From: a virus
Lineage: Duplodnaviria; Heunggongvirae; Uroviricota; Caudoviricetes
Virus record (IMG/VR): IMGVR_UViG_3300022660_000042
Strand: one strand, 5' to 3'
Length of the DNA: 64,000 bases
The notes under the pieces were generated by a model. It did no database searches. It was not told the DNA's origin and was given only the letters and a program-made list of their open reading frames with translations. Below, piece by piece: positions 34,707-43,844 of the stretch; the first letter of the stretch is position 1; every line of letters begins with the position of its first letter. The translations under genes were made by a program, and so were the position numbers.

Positions 34707-34739
34707 AATATAAAAAAAGAGGTGACTTTCGTCAACCCC
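34707..34739 (-). promoter_or_regulatory. sigma70-type promoter TTGACG-17-TATATT inside GAAA-tetraloop hairpin plus T-run
   Basis: Plus-strand AATATA at 34707..34712, CGTCAA at 34730..34735, hairpin GAGGTGACtttcGTCAACCCC at 34719..34739. Confidence 0.6.
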
Positions 34740-34761
34740 TTTTTAATAATTATTTACAGGC

Positions 34762-36072
34762 TTAGTCCTTAAATAGTGTATATCCTGCTTGTAAGAGAAG
34801 TTTCTTTGCTTCGTTGAAATCGTCGACATCAGAAATCTCTTCCTTATTTTTCCAGTATTCGGCTGTTTCCTTATCGAGCTGGTCAATCATGAATGTAGTG
34901 ACTTCATCGAAAATCTTAAACAGCGTTCTTGTAGTATAGCCACGGTTGAATACAATCTTGAACTTATCGTAGAATTCCTGAATTGTACCGTCGAACGCAC
35001 CCTTCTGACCGACATGGAACTTGCGGTTAAGCTGGTTCATGCAATACTTATAGCTTTCTACAACTTGTTTCTTGTCAACCTTACCAATCTTAGCCTTATC
35101 GACAGCACCATCTTCAGCGGCAACTGCTACAATCTTTCTAAGAACCGGAGTAGGAATCGAGAATCCACCGAAGTTACCTTCAAAACTTCCGAAATAGCCG
35201 CCTTCATCATCATCATTGCTGAGATTACTGGAAGCGACACGGCGTTTTTCTTCAGCTTCAATCTGGTCAATATACTCTGGGTTATCAAGAGCTCTCATAA
35301 TACGCTTTAATTCGCGGTCCAAAGCTGTTTCATCAGCGTTAATAACCTTACGGCCAAGCATTGCACCTACAGTCTTTGCTACATAGAAGAATAGGCCCTT
35401 ATTTCCGATAATACGTTCAGCATCCGGCATATTGAGAAGGTCTTCAAGTTTTTCAAGAACTGCTGTACTGAGTGTATATTCCTTACCGTTCTTATGAGCA
35501 CGGTGCCAATCCCAGAATTTGTCGATAGCACCTTCATAGCTGTTTTCAAAATCGTCGACAATATACGGAGCGAGCCAACGAGCAGCCTTTGAATAATCCT
35601 TTCCGAAAACTTCCTGAGCTTTTTCATGGTCATTCTTGAAAAGGTTAACAAGTTGCTGCATTGTCTTGTCTTGTGACGGGTCAAACGAAGAAAGATCCTT
35701 TCCTTCAGACTTGGCCTTGTAGTATGCCCAGAAAACATCAATCATATCGTCATATTTGTCTTTGTTTTCTTCGACATATGCCCAATCATCACCCAAATTA
35801 ATATTATTCTTCTTTGCAATATCTTCGATTTTCCATTTCAAGTCAACTTTAGCGGTACTACCTTTCCAGAAGTTAATACCAAGCTTAGTTAACATATTTT
35901 CAGCGTCATCGCCATAATAACGTTCAATAAACTTGTAAACCTGGTTGGCTGTTACCTTTCCATTGTTTTCTGCAAAATCCTTAAGAATATAAAGGGCATT
36001 GGCAATGGAATCTCTTCCGAGAGTCCTATCAGAAGCTCTGGACATTTCATTAATAATATTCTTAAATCTCAT
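34762..36072 (-). CDS. hypothetical protein
   Basis: 436-aa ORF. Confidence 0.5.
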   Translation of the reverse strand: MRFKNIINEMSRASDRTLGRDSIANALYILKDFAENNGKVTANQVYKFIERYYGDDAENMLTKLGINFWKGSTAKVDLKWKIEDIAKKNNINLGDDWAYVEENKDKYDDMIDVFWAYYKAKSEGKDLSSFDPSQDKTMQQLVNLFKNDHEKAQEVFGKDYSKAARWLAPYIVDDFENSYEGAIDKFWDWHRAHKNGKEYTLSTAVLEKLEDLLNMPDAERIIGNKGLFFYVAKTVGAMLGRKVINADETALDRELKRIMRALDNPEYIDQIEAEEKRRVASSNLSNDDDEGGYFGSFEGNFGGFSIPTPVLRKIVAVAAEDGAVDKAKIGKVDKKQVVESYKYCMNQLNRKFHVGQKGAFDGTIQEFYDKFKIVFNRGYTTRTLFKIFDEVTTFMIDQLDKETAEYWKNKEEISDVDDFNEAKKLLLQAGYTLFKD

Positions 36073-36099
36073 AATAACCTCTATAACTATTTATAAAAG

Positions 36100-36127
36100 A
36101 AAGACTAGAACCCGAAAGTTCTAGTCT
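36100..36127. terminator. rho-independent terminator hairpin
   Basis: AAGACTAGAAC-ccgaaa-GTTCTAGTCTT inverted repeat, T-rich on the minus strand, downstream of the 36155..36943 gene. Confidence 0.6.
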
Positions 36128-36154
36128 TGGATTAAATAGAGTAAATGAATAAAC

Positions 36155-36943
36155 TTACTTTTCGTAACGTCCGCCAGTCTTCTGACGATTTACGTTTTCG
36201 ATATTCTTATCACGATAGCACTTATAGATTTCAGCCGGTGTCATACCAAGATTTACGAAAATCTTCACAAACTTGATAAACATCTTGTCACCGAGTTCCT
36301 GAATCTTAAGAGGATCTTCCTTCCATACATCGTAAGTCTTCCAATCCTTATAAGATGCACAATTCTGATACAAGTCACCGACAGCGACAATAAAGTCGCC
36401 GATAAGATACTGAAGGCTATTGGAACCGATAGTACCGGTCTTAGTATCTTCGACTGCAATATCATAGAACTTCTGAAGAGTCATCTTCGGACGATACTTA
36501 AGATAGAGCAACTGGTTATAAACGAAGTGTAATGCGTCAACTGCTTCAGCCTTACCTTCTGCGGTAACTTCGAAATTGTCCTTTTCAAGCTGTTCCATGA
36601 GTTCGAACAATTCAGTGACTGTACTCATCATGAAATAACCTGAACGCTTTGCATTCTGATGGTTATCTTCCTTATTCGTCGGAGCAAGAGTACCACGCTT
36701 TGCAGCAAGAATATTTTGAAGTGCTTCCTGCATATTATACATGGTTTCAAGAGCTGTTGCTTCAATGTATTCTTCTGGAAAATCCGGAAGCTTAATTTCA
36801 GAAGCCTTCAACTGTAACGGAAGCGGAACTGATTCTGCGAACTTCTTCGCTTCTTCTGCACGCTTTGCCAACTTTTCCTGAAGGACAACGAATTCATCCT
36901 TTTCTTCTTGTACGTTTCCGTACATTTCACCTGTACTAATCAT
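36155..36943 (-). CDS. hypothetical protein
   Basis: 262-aa ORF; its start overlaps the upstream gene's stop (ATGA). Confidence 0.5.
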   Translation of the reverse strand: MISTGEMYGNVQEEKDEFVVLQEKLAKRAEEAKKFAESVPLPLQLKASEIKLPDFPEEYIEATALETMYNMQEALQNILAAKRGTLAPTNKEDNHQNAKRSGYFMMSTVTELFELMEQLEKDNFEVTAEGKAEAVDALHFVYNQLLYLKYRPKMTLQKFYDIAVEDTKTGTIGSNSLQYLIGDFIVAVGDLYQNCASYKDWKTYDVWKEDPLKIQELGDKMFIKFVKIFVNLGMTPAEIYKCYRDKNIENVNRQKTGGRYEK

Positions 36944-37296
36944 TAGTTAACCTTTTCCTTTCGGCCCTTCTTTGCCGGACGAGTTTCAACTACTTCAGCC
37001 GGAACTTCGTTTCTATTCTCAAGAGATTCCAATAATTGCTTCTGCATTTTAATTGCATTGAGAATATTCTGAGATTCCTTGGTAAGAAGGTCTTGATTCA
37101 AGTTATATTCTTCTTCTGTAAGTCCCAAGAGATTCTTCAACACGAATTCCTGTGAAAGAACTGGAATACATTCTCCACTTAAGCTAGGCATGAACGGTGC
37201 AAAAATTCCCAAAAGACCTGCAATCTTTTCTGAACGTTCGAAATCAAATTTCTTTGATTCTTTCTTTGTTGTTTTTGTTTTCTTTGTAGTTTTCAT
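36943..37296 (-). CDS. hypothetical protein
   Basis: 117-aa ORF; its ATG sits 9 nt downstream of a TATATT element (plus-strand 37306..37311). Confidence 0.45.
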   Translation of the reverse strand: MKTTKKTKTTKKESKKFDFERSEKIAGLLGIFAPFMPSLSGECIPVLSQEFVLKNLLGLTEEEYNLNQDLLTKESQNILNAIKMQKQLLESLENRNEVPAEVVETRPAKKGRKEKVN

Positions 37297-37358
37297 AATA
37301 TTGCAAATATAGTAAATATTTTTTAACCAATTTTATTTTGTCTTACAAACTTCTGAAA

Positions 37359-38456
37359 TTAAAGGATTTCAAAATACGGTGCATATTTTTCCATGACTTC
37401 AATAACCTTCTTGTAATCAATCTTATTAAGATTCTTCGGAAGGTCCATACCGCCCTTGTTAATCAAATCGCCACAATTTGCAAAATAAAGAAGCTTCTTT
37501 TCTTCACGACAAATTGTTTCCTGCTGAATTACAAGATTAAATTCCTTCTTAGGAAGATACTTCTTGAAATTGGAAATATACTTCGTATAAACAGACTTCA
37601 ATTCTTCAGCATGTTCAGGATCCGTAGTTGCAGAAAGCATCAAAATACCGTTATTGACATATTCAATTACTCCAGCACGAGACTGATATGCAAGACCACG
37701 CTTTTCTCGAATTTCATGATAAAGCGGAGAAGTCAACTTACCGTTAAGCATTTCAAGGGCAATGACTACATACGGATAATCCTTCTTGGAAACCGGCTTC
37801 TTACAGATTGCAAAAACAGTTTCTTTTTCAGGAGCCGGAACAGGCATCAAGCTAACCTTATAATCCTTCTTCCAACGAAGCTTTGTTGTAATTTCAGGCA
37901 TCTTGGTCAAGAACTTAACCTTTACGCCAGTTGTCTGGCGAGGGCCGACTTCAACAATACGAACAGGTTTGAAAAGTTCCTTAAAAAGCTTCTTAGCGTC
38001 TGCAAGAGTAAAATTCATAATATCTTCAGTCTTGCCAAGAACGAAATCGTTATTGAAATGTTGACGAAGCAGGTTATGAAGCTTACCTTCTACAGGACGG
38101 TTAAATGCATCCAAAATTTCCTGGTAAACAATCTTTTGTTCTTTTTCGAAAACTTCCTTTGTGACATAAGTATCGAAACCGGTAGTAACACGTTCAATAA
38201 GCAACTTCTTCCATTCCGGAGTAAGATACTTATCCATGCCAGTAAAATGAACTACGAGCAAATCTGTGCTTGTATAGGCATTAAAATCGATGTTATATTT
38301 CTGAAAGTCATCAAATTGGTCTTGAATAGTATTCGTAATCAAGTGTTCCATCAAATGATGACAACCATGCTGACCATCTTTTTCATAACTAGAACCTGCC
38401 TGGAATACGATATACAAGCCAGTCTTCTTAAAAGATTTCTTCTTATAGATATACAT
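37359..38456 (-). CDS. M16-family (pitrilysin/insulinase-like) zinc peptidase
   Basis: Inverted zincin motif HxxEH as HLMEHL near the N-terminus (GCHHLMEHLITNT); ~365 aa, consistent with a single M16 domain. Confidence 0.55.
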   Translation of the reverse strand: MYIYKKKSFKKTGLYIVFQAGSSYEKDGQHGCHHLMEHLITNTIQDQFDDFQKYNIDFNAYTSTDLLVVHFTGMDKYLTPEWKKLLIERVTTGFDTYVTKEVFEKEQKIVYQEILDAFNRPVEGKLHNLLRQHFNNDFVLGKTEDIMNFTLADAKKLFKELFKPVRIVEVGPRQTTGVKVKFLTKMPEITTKLRWKKDYKVSLMPVPAPEKETVFAICKKPVSKKDYPYVVIALEMLNGKLTSPLYHEIREKRGLAYQSRAGVIEYVNNGILMLSATTDPEHAEELKSVYTKYISNFKKYLPKKEFNLVIQQETICREEKKLLYFANCGDLINKGGMDLPKNLNKIDYKKVIEVMEKYAPYFEIL

Positions 38457-38465
38457 TGTTTTTCC

Positions 38466-38960
38466 TTATATTTTTTCAACCGTTACGCCATTTCGTTCAA
38501 GGAACTGAATTCCTTTAGACCCACGGTCATATTTGTTTACGTACATGACATTCTTGATACCTGCGGCATAAATAAGTCTTGCACACGATTCACAAGGTTC
38601 ATGAGAAATAACCATAGAAGCACCGGTTATATTCATTGTCCATTTCAAAGCATAGCCGAGACAGCTTTGCTCTGCATGGATTTCTTGTTCATTTGCGAAT
38701 TCATGATGTTTAGCTCTCCATTCCATTTCTGGAACTTCCTTCCACTCTTCTTCCTTATTATCTCGCAGATAAAACTTTCCGTTTTCAGATTTGAAAATTT
38801 CGTTACAGTTAATTTGTCCTGCTGGAGTACCATTGTAGCCACATGAAATAATACGGCCTTTTTCAACGAGCAATGCTGCAACTTTCATCCTAGAGCATTT
38901 ACTAAGAGCTTGATATTCCTTAAGAACTGTTTTATAAAGATGTTTATATTTTAATTCCAT
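38466..38960 (-). CDS. dCMP deaminase
   Basis: Cytidine/dCMP deaminase zinc motifs HAEQSCL and SHEPCESCARLI (HAE...PCxxC). Confidence 0.8.
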   Translation of the reverse strand: MELKYKHLYKTVLKEYQALSKCSRMKVAALLVEKGRIISCGYNGTPAGQINCNEIFKSENGKFYLRDNKEEEWKEVPEMEWRAKHHEFANEQEIHAEQSCLGYALKWTMNITGASMVISHEPCESCARLIYAAGIKNVMYVNKYDRGSKGIQFLERNGVTVEKI

Positions 38961-39565
38961 AAAATAGTCCTCTTCGTAGAAAGAGTTTTAGAATAGTTTT
39001 TAATTTCAGAAAGATAGATTCTTACGAGTTGACTTTTATCCTTTATGATATTTCCATAATCATCTTCATGACTTCCTTGAAATACTTGGCCACTCATAAT
39101 TTTCATGTCAATTAAGCTAGAAATATATCCGCAATTCGGCATATATAATTCTGGCGAACCTTTATAAGCCAAAATTGATGGGATCTTTCTAAATTTGTTA
39201 ACTGCATTTGTTGATTCGCCAGCGCGATTTCGAACCGTAATAGTAAGATACGATTCTGCAAATTCTCCTTGTGCAGTTTTAATTTGAACAGGAAAAGTGT
39301 TTGCCGTAAGTTTATTTACAACTACAGCATCTATTCCAGCTATATCCGCTTTTGACTTATTTTCCATTTGGACAATAGTAAAATATTTGTTATAAAGTAA
39401 ATTCAAATTTTGTATAATAGATGCCTCATCGGCTAATCCATTAGCACGACCCTTATTGGTATTACCCATATATAATTTCCTCATTAAATTGTTAAAAGAA
39501 AACAAAATAATAGGAAGTTTAATTCCTATTATTTTGCAATTAAGATTTAGAATATTTCTACCCAT
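38951..39565 (-). CDS. hypothetical protein
   Basis: 204-aa ORF. Confidence 0.45.
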   Translation of the reverse strand: MGRNILNLNCKIIGIKLPIILFSFNNLMRKLYMGNTNKGRANGLADEASIIQNLNLLYNKYFTIVQMENKSKADIAGIDAVVVNKLTANTFPVQIKTAQGEFAESYLTITVRNRAGESTNAVNKFRKIPSILAYKGSPELYMPNCGYISSLIDMKIMSGQVFQGSHEDDYGNIIKDKSQLVRIYLSEIKNYSKTLSTKRTILWN

Positions 39566-40176
39566 GCACTCTGCGGAAGATGATTAACTGTAACATATGC
39601 CGTACATTTAATCGCTCCATTTCCAGCAGTTTTTTGAGCTGCAATATTCTTTATTTCTTTCTTCAACTTAGAGTCCGACATTGCATAGTCCCATGCAGCA
39701 TCGGCATCAACTACGAACATTCTCGACCAATCCTTACTTACGCAAAGGTAAAGAGAAAATCCGTCATTTTGATGGAAATCATATAAAGAGGAGACGGGAA
39801 TCGACCCAGCTACATAAGACGGAAGACCTTTACCAGTATCAACCATATCACAGGATGCTACTTTAAGATCTACACGAAATCCGTTTTGATACCAGTCACC
39901 GTTTGTTCTATCGAAATCGGTAAATTCCCAGTTGTTCTTATCTTTAAGATGTTTGCTATACTTTACAAGATACTCAGGATTCTGAGTCTTATGCAAAATA
40001 TTGATTTGCGGAGCAACCTTCTTAACGATGCTGATAAATCCCTGTTCTTCAGAATTTCCGTACGTATTCGGAATTACCGTAGGAGGATTTGCAATACATG
40101 CACCCTTAATTAAAGTTGAACTTCCATTAAACAATGTAGTAACGATGTTACCATTCATTTTATTACTTTGCGCCAA
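39547..40176 (-). CDS. hypothetical protein
   Basis: 209-aa ORF. Confidence 0.45.
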   Translation of the reverse strand: MAQSNKMNGNIVTTLFNGSSTLIKGACIANPPTVIPNTYGNSEEQGFISIVKKVAPQINILHKTQNPEYLVKYSKHLKDKNNWEFTDFDRTNGDWYQNGFRVDLKVASCDMVDTGKGLPSYVAGSIPVSSLYDFHQNDGFSLYLCVSKDWSRMFVVDADAAWDYAMSDSKLKKEIKNIAAQKTAGNGAIKCTAYVTVNHLPQSAWVEIF

Positions 40177-40273
40177 ACCACTTTTAGCGACTTCAAGATG
40201 AAAGAATGAGTTTATACCGTTATTGGTAGTTCGCTCACCCGAACGTAGTGGTAACGTTCGGTTAGATGAAACC

Positions 40274-41128
40274 TTACTTTATATTTTTTATTATATTGGT
40301 ATATTCAATTAAATTGACCATTAAGAGCGAAATACCAGAATTCATAGCGAATTCATTAAACTTCTTTGCTCTCGGTTCAGGAACATATTCAAAAGAATTA
40401 ACTACTCGTTTAATTGCTTCAGTATATTCCGTTGGTATATTTTCAAATGAAATAAGCTTAGAATTCAACATGAACTTTTCAGTAAGTTGATTTTCTTCAA
40501 GCCATTTATCGAGCTCGCCAGAATTAACAATCTTTTCAGCAGTCTTAATTCCAACGCCTTTTTTAATTCCCGGAATATCATCGGATTTATCGCCTGTAAT
40601 AATCTTGACAAGCAAATCTGTTTCCGGATTCAATGTACTTAAATACTGTTTTTTTATCCCGTCGTACTGGTGATAATTTGCGCAAACAAAAAGTTGCATA
40701 AAGTCTCTGTCAGAAGAAACATTATAGCATTCCCATTCAGGATGGGATTTGACAATAACCGAAATCTGGTCATCAGCTTCGGTCTTGGGTACATCTACGA
40801 AATAAATATTCGTACCTTCAAATGCAACCTTCAAGCGTTCGAGCAAATCACTCCATACTGCAAAAAATGCGTCGAAATTAACGATTGACGCAGAACGCTT
40901 TGCGGCACGACTGGCTTTATAACCTTCAAAAATATCTTTACGCCAGCTACTTCCATCAATACAACAAAAAACCCTATTAGGATTAATTTCACTAATAGCC
41001 TTAAAGAATGATGAAAAGAATGTCGCCTTAAATAACATGAACTCCTTTTCTTCTGGTCCAGGAGTTTGCGCAAATAAGCAGCGCATAATCATGTTTGAAA
41101 TATCGAGGGTCAATATCTTGTTGTTCAT
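40274..41128 (-). CDS. rnh: RNase H / flap endonuclease (5'-3' exonuclease, T4 rnh-like)
   Basis: ILTLDISNMIMR N-terminal motif, TEADDQISVIV, SSDRDFMQL, GDKSDDIPG; collinear with T4 RNase H (EADDHIAVLV, SSDGDFTQL, GDKKDNV, from memory). Confidence 0.8.
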   Translation of the reverse strand: MNNKILTLDISNMIMRCLFAQTPGPEEKEFMLFKATFFSSFFKAISEINPNRVFCCIDGSSWRKDIFEGYKASRAAKRSASIVNFDAFFAVWSDLLERLKVAFEGTNIYFVDVPKTEADDQISVIVKSHPEWECYNVSSDRDFMQLFVCANYHQYDGIKKQYLSTLNPETDLLVKIITGDKSDDIPGIKKGVGIKTAEKIVNSGELDKWLEENQLTEKFMLNSKLISFENIPTEYTEAIKRVVNSFEYVPEPRAKKFNEFAMNSGISLLMVNLIEYTNIIKNIK

Positions 41129-41169
41129 GTCCTCAAATATAGGTAAAAATAATTTTTTAGTTTTATGCT

Positions 41170-41661
41170 TTATGGCATTTTATCTGACTTTTTAACATGG
41201 CTCATTATGCAACGGCCAATAAAGCCTTCAATATCGCTGACATCGGTATCAATATAATAATATTCCTTTTTCAGCTCTTCAATACTTCCATAAAAATACT
41301 TCTTAATATAGCATTGAGTATTTACATCAACCATGGAATATCCAGAATTGTTGACAAAAGTATAATAATTGAGCATTTCATTTCCGTTATAGTATTCGCG
41401 GACTTTGAATGCCTGACTTATAACACCTTCCGTATTTACCTTATTATACGTATTGGTATCGATTACATATTCATAAAGGTTTTGCTTCATGTCGATAACC
41501 GTTACCTTAGTTTTTGTAGCGGAAATCTTAGATTCAGTAGGCATTACTGCACAATACCGAATATCATCGACCGCAGTGCATATTGCATAGGTATTGAATG
41601 TCTTAGCCTGTGCGAAAATACAAACTACAGAAAAAAGAATAGGTAATACGAACTTAATCAT
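41170..41661 (-). CDS. secreted/periplasmic hypothetical protein (signal peptide)
   Basis: MIKFVLPILFSVVCIFAQA signal-peptide-like N-terminus. ATG lies 7 nt downstream of the promoter -10. Confidence 0.45.
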   Translation of the reverse strand: MIKFVLPILFSVVCIFAQAKTFNTYAICTAVDDIRYCAVMPTESKISATKTKVTVIDMKQNLYEYVIDTNTYNKVNTEGVISQAFKVREYYNGNEMLNYYTFVNNSGYSMVDVNTQCYIKKYFYGSIEELKKEYYYIDTDVSDIEGFIGRCIMSHVKKSDKMP

Positions 41662-41668
41662 ATTACCT

Positions 41669-41697
41669 AATATAGAAAAATATCGTAATTTTGTAAA
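41669..41697 (-). promoter_or_regulatory. sigma70-type promoter TTTACA-17-TATATT
   Basis: Plus-strand AATATA at 41669..41674 and TGTAAA at 41692..41697. Confidence 0.55.
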
Positions 41698-41700
41698 TAG

Positions 41701-41826
41701 TTAAATTAAAGCGAACATAACGATAATACCGCCAATCAATCCTACAAGGATAATAGTCGCTATTATCTTCAGCGCCAATTCTTCTATACCGCCGCCGAAT
41801 AGATTTTTATCTTCGTCTTTTGTCAT
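41701..41826 (-). CDS. small membrane protein (41 aa, below the ORF-track cutoff)
   Basis: MTKDEDKNLFGGGIEELALKIIATIILVGLIGGIIVMFALI; ATG at 41826, TAA at 41703..41701. Confidence 0.3.
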   Translation of the reverse strand: MTKDEDKNLFGGGIEELALKIIATIILVGLIGGIIVMFALI

Positions 41827-41830
41827 ACAA

Positions 41831-42247
41831 TTAACCTGTTGTATAAAGCATTTTCTTATAGTCTAAATAATTCTTAATAGTAAATCCAAGATTCTTAATA
41901 TTCGTCAATGTTTCTTCGATAAAATCAAAGTAATACTTCTGTGTATCGTATTCTTTTACTGCTGCAAGATATTTCGGATCCTTATAAATTTGGGATTCGA
42001 TTTCTTTTGTAGTTCCCCAGCTCACATTATCGTTAAACTTATAATAATAATAGCATTCTCCATATATCTTATTCAAATTAACCTTGAGCTGAGATATAAG
42101 ATACTTTTGTGTCGTATATAGTTTTGTCCATTTCTGAACAGTAGAAGGTAAAAGGTTATTTACTTGCATTACCTGTTCAATATTGTCAGGCAATGCAGTA
42201 TCTTCTTCAGCGTATTTCTTTAATGTCTCAAAATCTTCTACTTTCAT
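41831..42247 (-). CDS. hypothetical protein
   Basis: 138-aa ORF. Confidence 0.45.
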   Translation of the reverse strand: MKVEDFETLKKYAEEDTALPDNIEQVMQVNNLLPSTVQKWTKLYTTQKYLISQLKVNLNKIYGECYYYYKFNDNVSWGTTKEIESQIYKDPKYLAAVKEYDTQKYYFDFIEETLTNIKNLGFTIKNYLDYKKMLYTTG

Positions 42248-42754
42248 AACTTATCCTTAACAATTAAATATAGCAAAACTGTAACAAATAGTTTACAACC
42301 TATATATAAAAGTTCTATGATTTTTAAAACGACAGAATATTTTATTTTTAGTTAAAAAAATTTTTACAAAAACTTTCTATTATTGTTTTCACATATTCAA
42401 GTCTGATTCCTCGGAACGAAAACCAATCCAATGGAATTATCGGTAGAGGGTCAGCCATTGAAAACTTCAGATACGGGTTTTCCAGAAATGAGCTGGAATA
42501 TCGTTTTGAAATATACTCGGTAACAGCTAGTGAAAGTATCAGCGAAGTACAGATTAGCAATCTGCACGTTTAGCCGCCATGGTTTTAACGGATGTAGCCG
42601 AAGTACAGGATGACCGCCTCGTAAGCCGTTATGTAAATCCCTAAAGATTGACGATGAAGCTTTATACCAAAAGTGGAATAGTCATAGTCTGGAAGTTCCT
42701 TCTAGGCTTATGATCTCTGAATCGCATTACCCAAAAGATAGAACAGATAAAAAT

Positions 42755-42780
42755 AAAACCTAGTTTAACAACTAGGTTTT
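42755..42780. terminator. bidirectional terminator hairpin
   Basis: AAAACCTAGTT-taacaa-CTAGGTTTT perfect inverted repeat with flanking A/T runs. Confidence 0.65.
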
Positions 42781-42799
42781 AAAATTAAAGATATTTGAA

Positions 42800-42949
42800 T
42801 TATTCTACTGATAAATCGATTTCATCAGAAAGTTCTTGTAATTCATCAAGCTCTTCTTCAGAATATTTCTTTTTCTTCTTATTCAAGACTGTTTCATCAA
42901 TCTGAATCGAATCCAACTCGACGAAATTTTCTTCTGTATTATACATCAT
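42800..42949 (-). CDS. small acidic protein (49 aa)
   Basis: GGAGAAATTT-ATG RBS; MMYNTEENFVELDSIQIDETVLNKKKKKYSEEELDELQELSDEIDLSVE. Confidence 0.4.
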   Translation of the reverse strand: MMYNTEENFVELDSIQIDETVLNKKKKKYSEEELDELQELSDEIDLSVE

Positions 42950-42959
42950 AAATTTCTCC

Positions 42960-43844
42960 TTATTTTAACTCACCGATAGGTTCTTCTTTTCTAATCATGC
43001 CCTTAGGGAATCTTGAATCTCTATAATATTTTGTCATATCCCTACTTGCACGAATATTAGTGAATTCTTCCGGTTTCAATGTTGGCCATTCTCTGGTCCA
43101 TTTTCCTTTATAATAACTAGGTATACCAGCTTCGCTTGCAGATTTTCCATCCTTTATAGCATTTAGGATTTTATTAAGCTGTGTGTTATTTTTAGAAATA
43201 CAGAAATAGCAAGTTCCCAAAGGACCGCCTTCAACTTTTACAATAACGTTTTTAAGACAGAAATCAACAACGTACTTTTTATCCATCATTGCAACGCCAG
43301 TTTCTGTATTTTGAACCGCATATCTTTCAATATTGCCAAGTTCTGGATATTTAAGCGACATTTCATCTGCTAATTGTTTCCAAACACCAGTATGAGCAGT
43401 TTCGGCAGTATTATTCAGAATCTGGCGATAACGTGTAATAGCACGATAGCTTAAAGCACGTCTAGCGGCATCCCATTCAGCTTCCGTAAAACCTACAACG
43501 CAGTCACGGTAATAGTGAAGCATTTCATGAACAAATGTATTTCTAAAAGCGGCAAAAGTACCACAAGCATTGATATTAAGTTTAATTTCGACACCTTCAA
43601 CTTTACTTTCGTAAACATTCGGTCTCGGTCTAAAATAGCCATGAACACTTGTACCCTTGAACCAGCCTAATGAAATCGGTTGAAGCTTACCTCCGAAGTA
43701 AGTATCGTTAAATTCATTAAAATACTTCTTTAACGCTGCGTCATTCTTTTCGAATTCTTCGCCGGTATCTGGGTCTGTAAGCTTAAAGCTTTCGTCTAAT
43801 AAAAATTCTTCATTTTCCATATTATATTTATGACAATTCTTCAA
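42960..43844 (-). CDS. SprT-like zinc metallopeptidase domain protein
   Basis: HEMLHY (HExxH) preceded by an SprT-like N-terminal region (KKYFNEFNDTYFGGKLQPISLGWFKGTSVHGYF...NTFVHEMLHYY). Confidence 0.6.
   Translation of the reverse strand: MKNCHKYNMENEEFLLDESFKLTDPDTGEEFEKNDAALKKYFNEFNDTYFGGKLQPISLGWFKGTSVHGYFRPRPNVYESKVEGVEIKLNINACGTFAAFRNTFVHEMLHYYRDCVVGFTEAEWDAARRALSYRAITRYRQILNNTAETAHTGVWKQLADEMSLKYPELGNIERYAVQNTETGVAMMDKKYVVDFCLKNVIVKVEGGPLGTCYFCISKNNTQLNKILNAIKDGKSASEAGIPSYYKGKWTREWPTLKPEEFTNIRASRDMTKYYRDSRFPKGMIRKEEPIGELK

Noticed and set aside
42348-42560. 70-aa minus-strand ORF inside the GC-rich noncoding island
   Set aside because: No RBS or promoter context and a hydrophobic, low-information translation. 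The region is more plausibly noncoding or structured RNA.
42250-42790. tRNA gene, tmRNA or group I intron in the GC-rich island
   Set aside because: I looked for a 7-bp acceptor pairing with GTTCRA T-loops and for group I P7 GACUA/UAGUC pairs on both strands and could not assemble a consistent cloverleaf or intron core by eye. Kept only as an unspecified ncRNA candidate.
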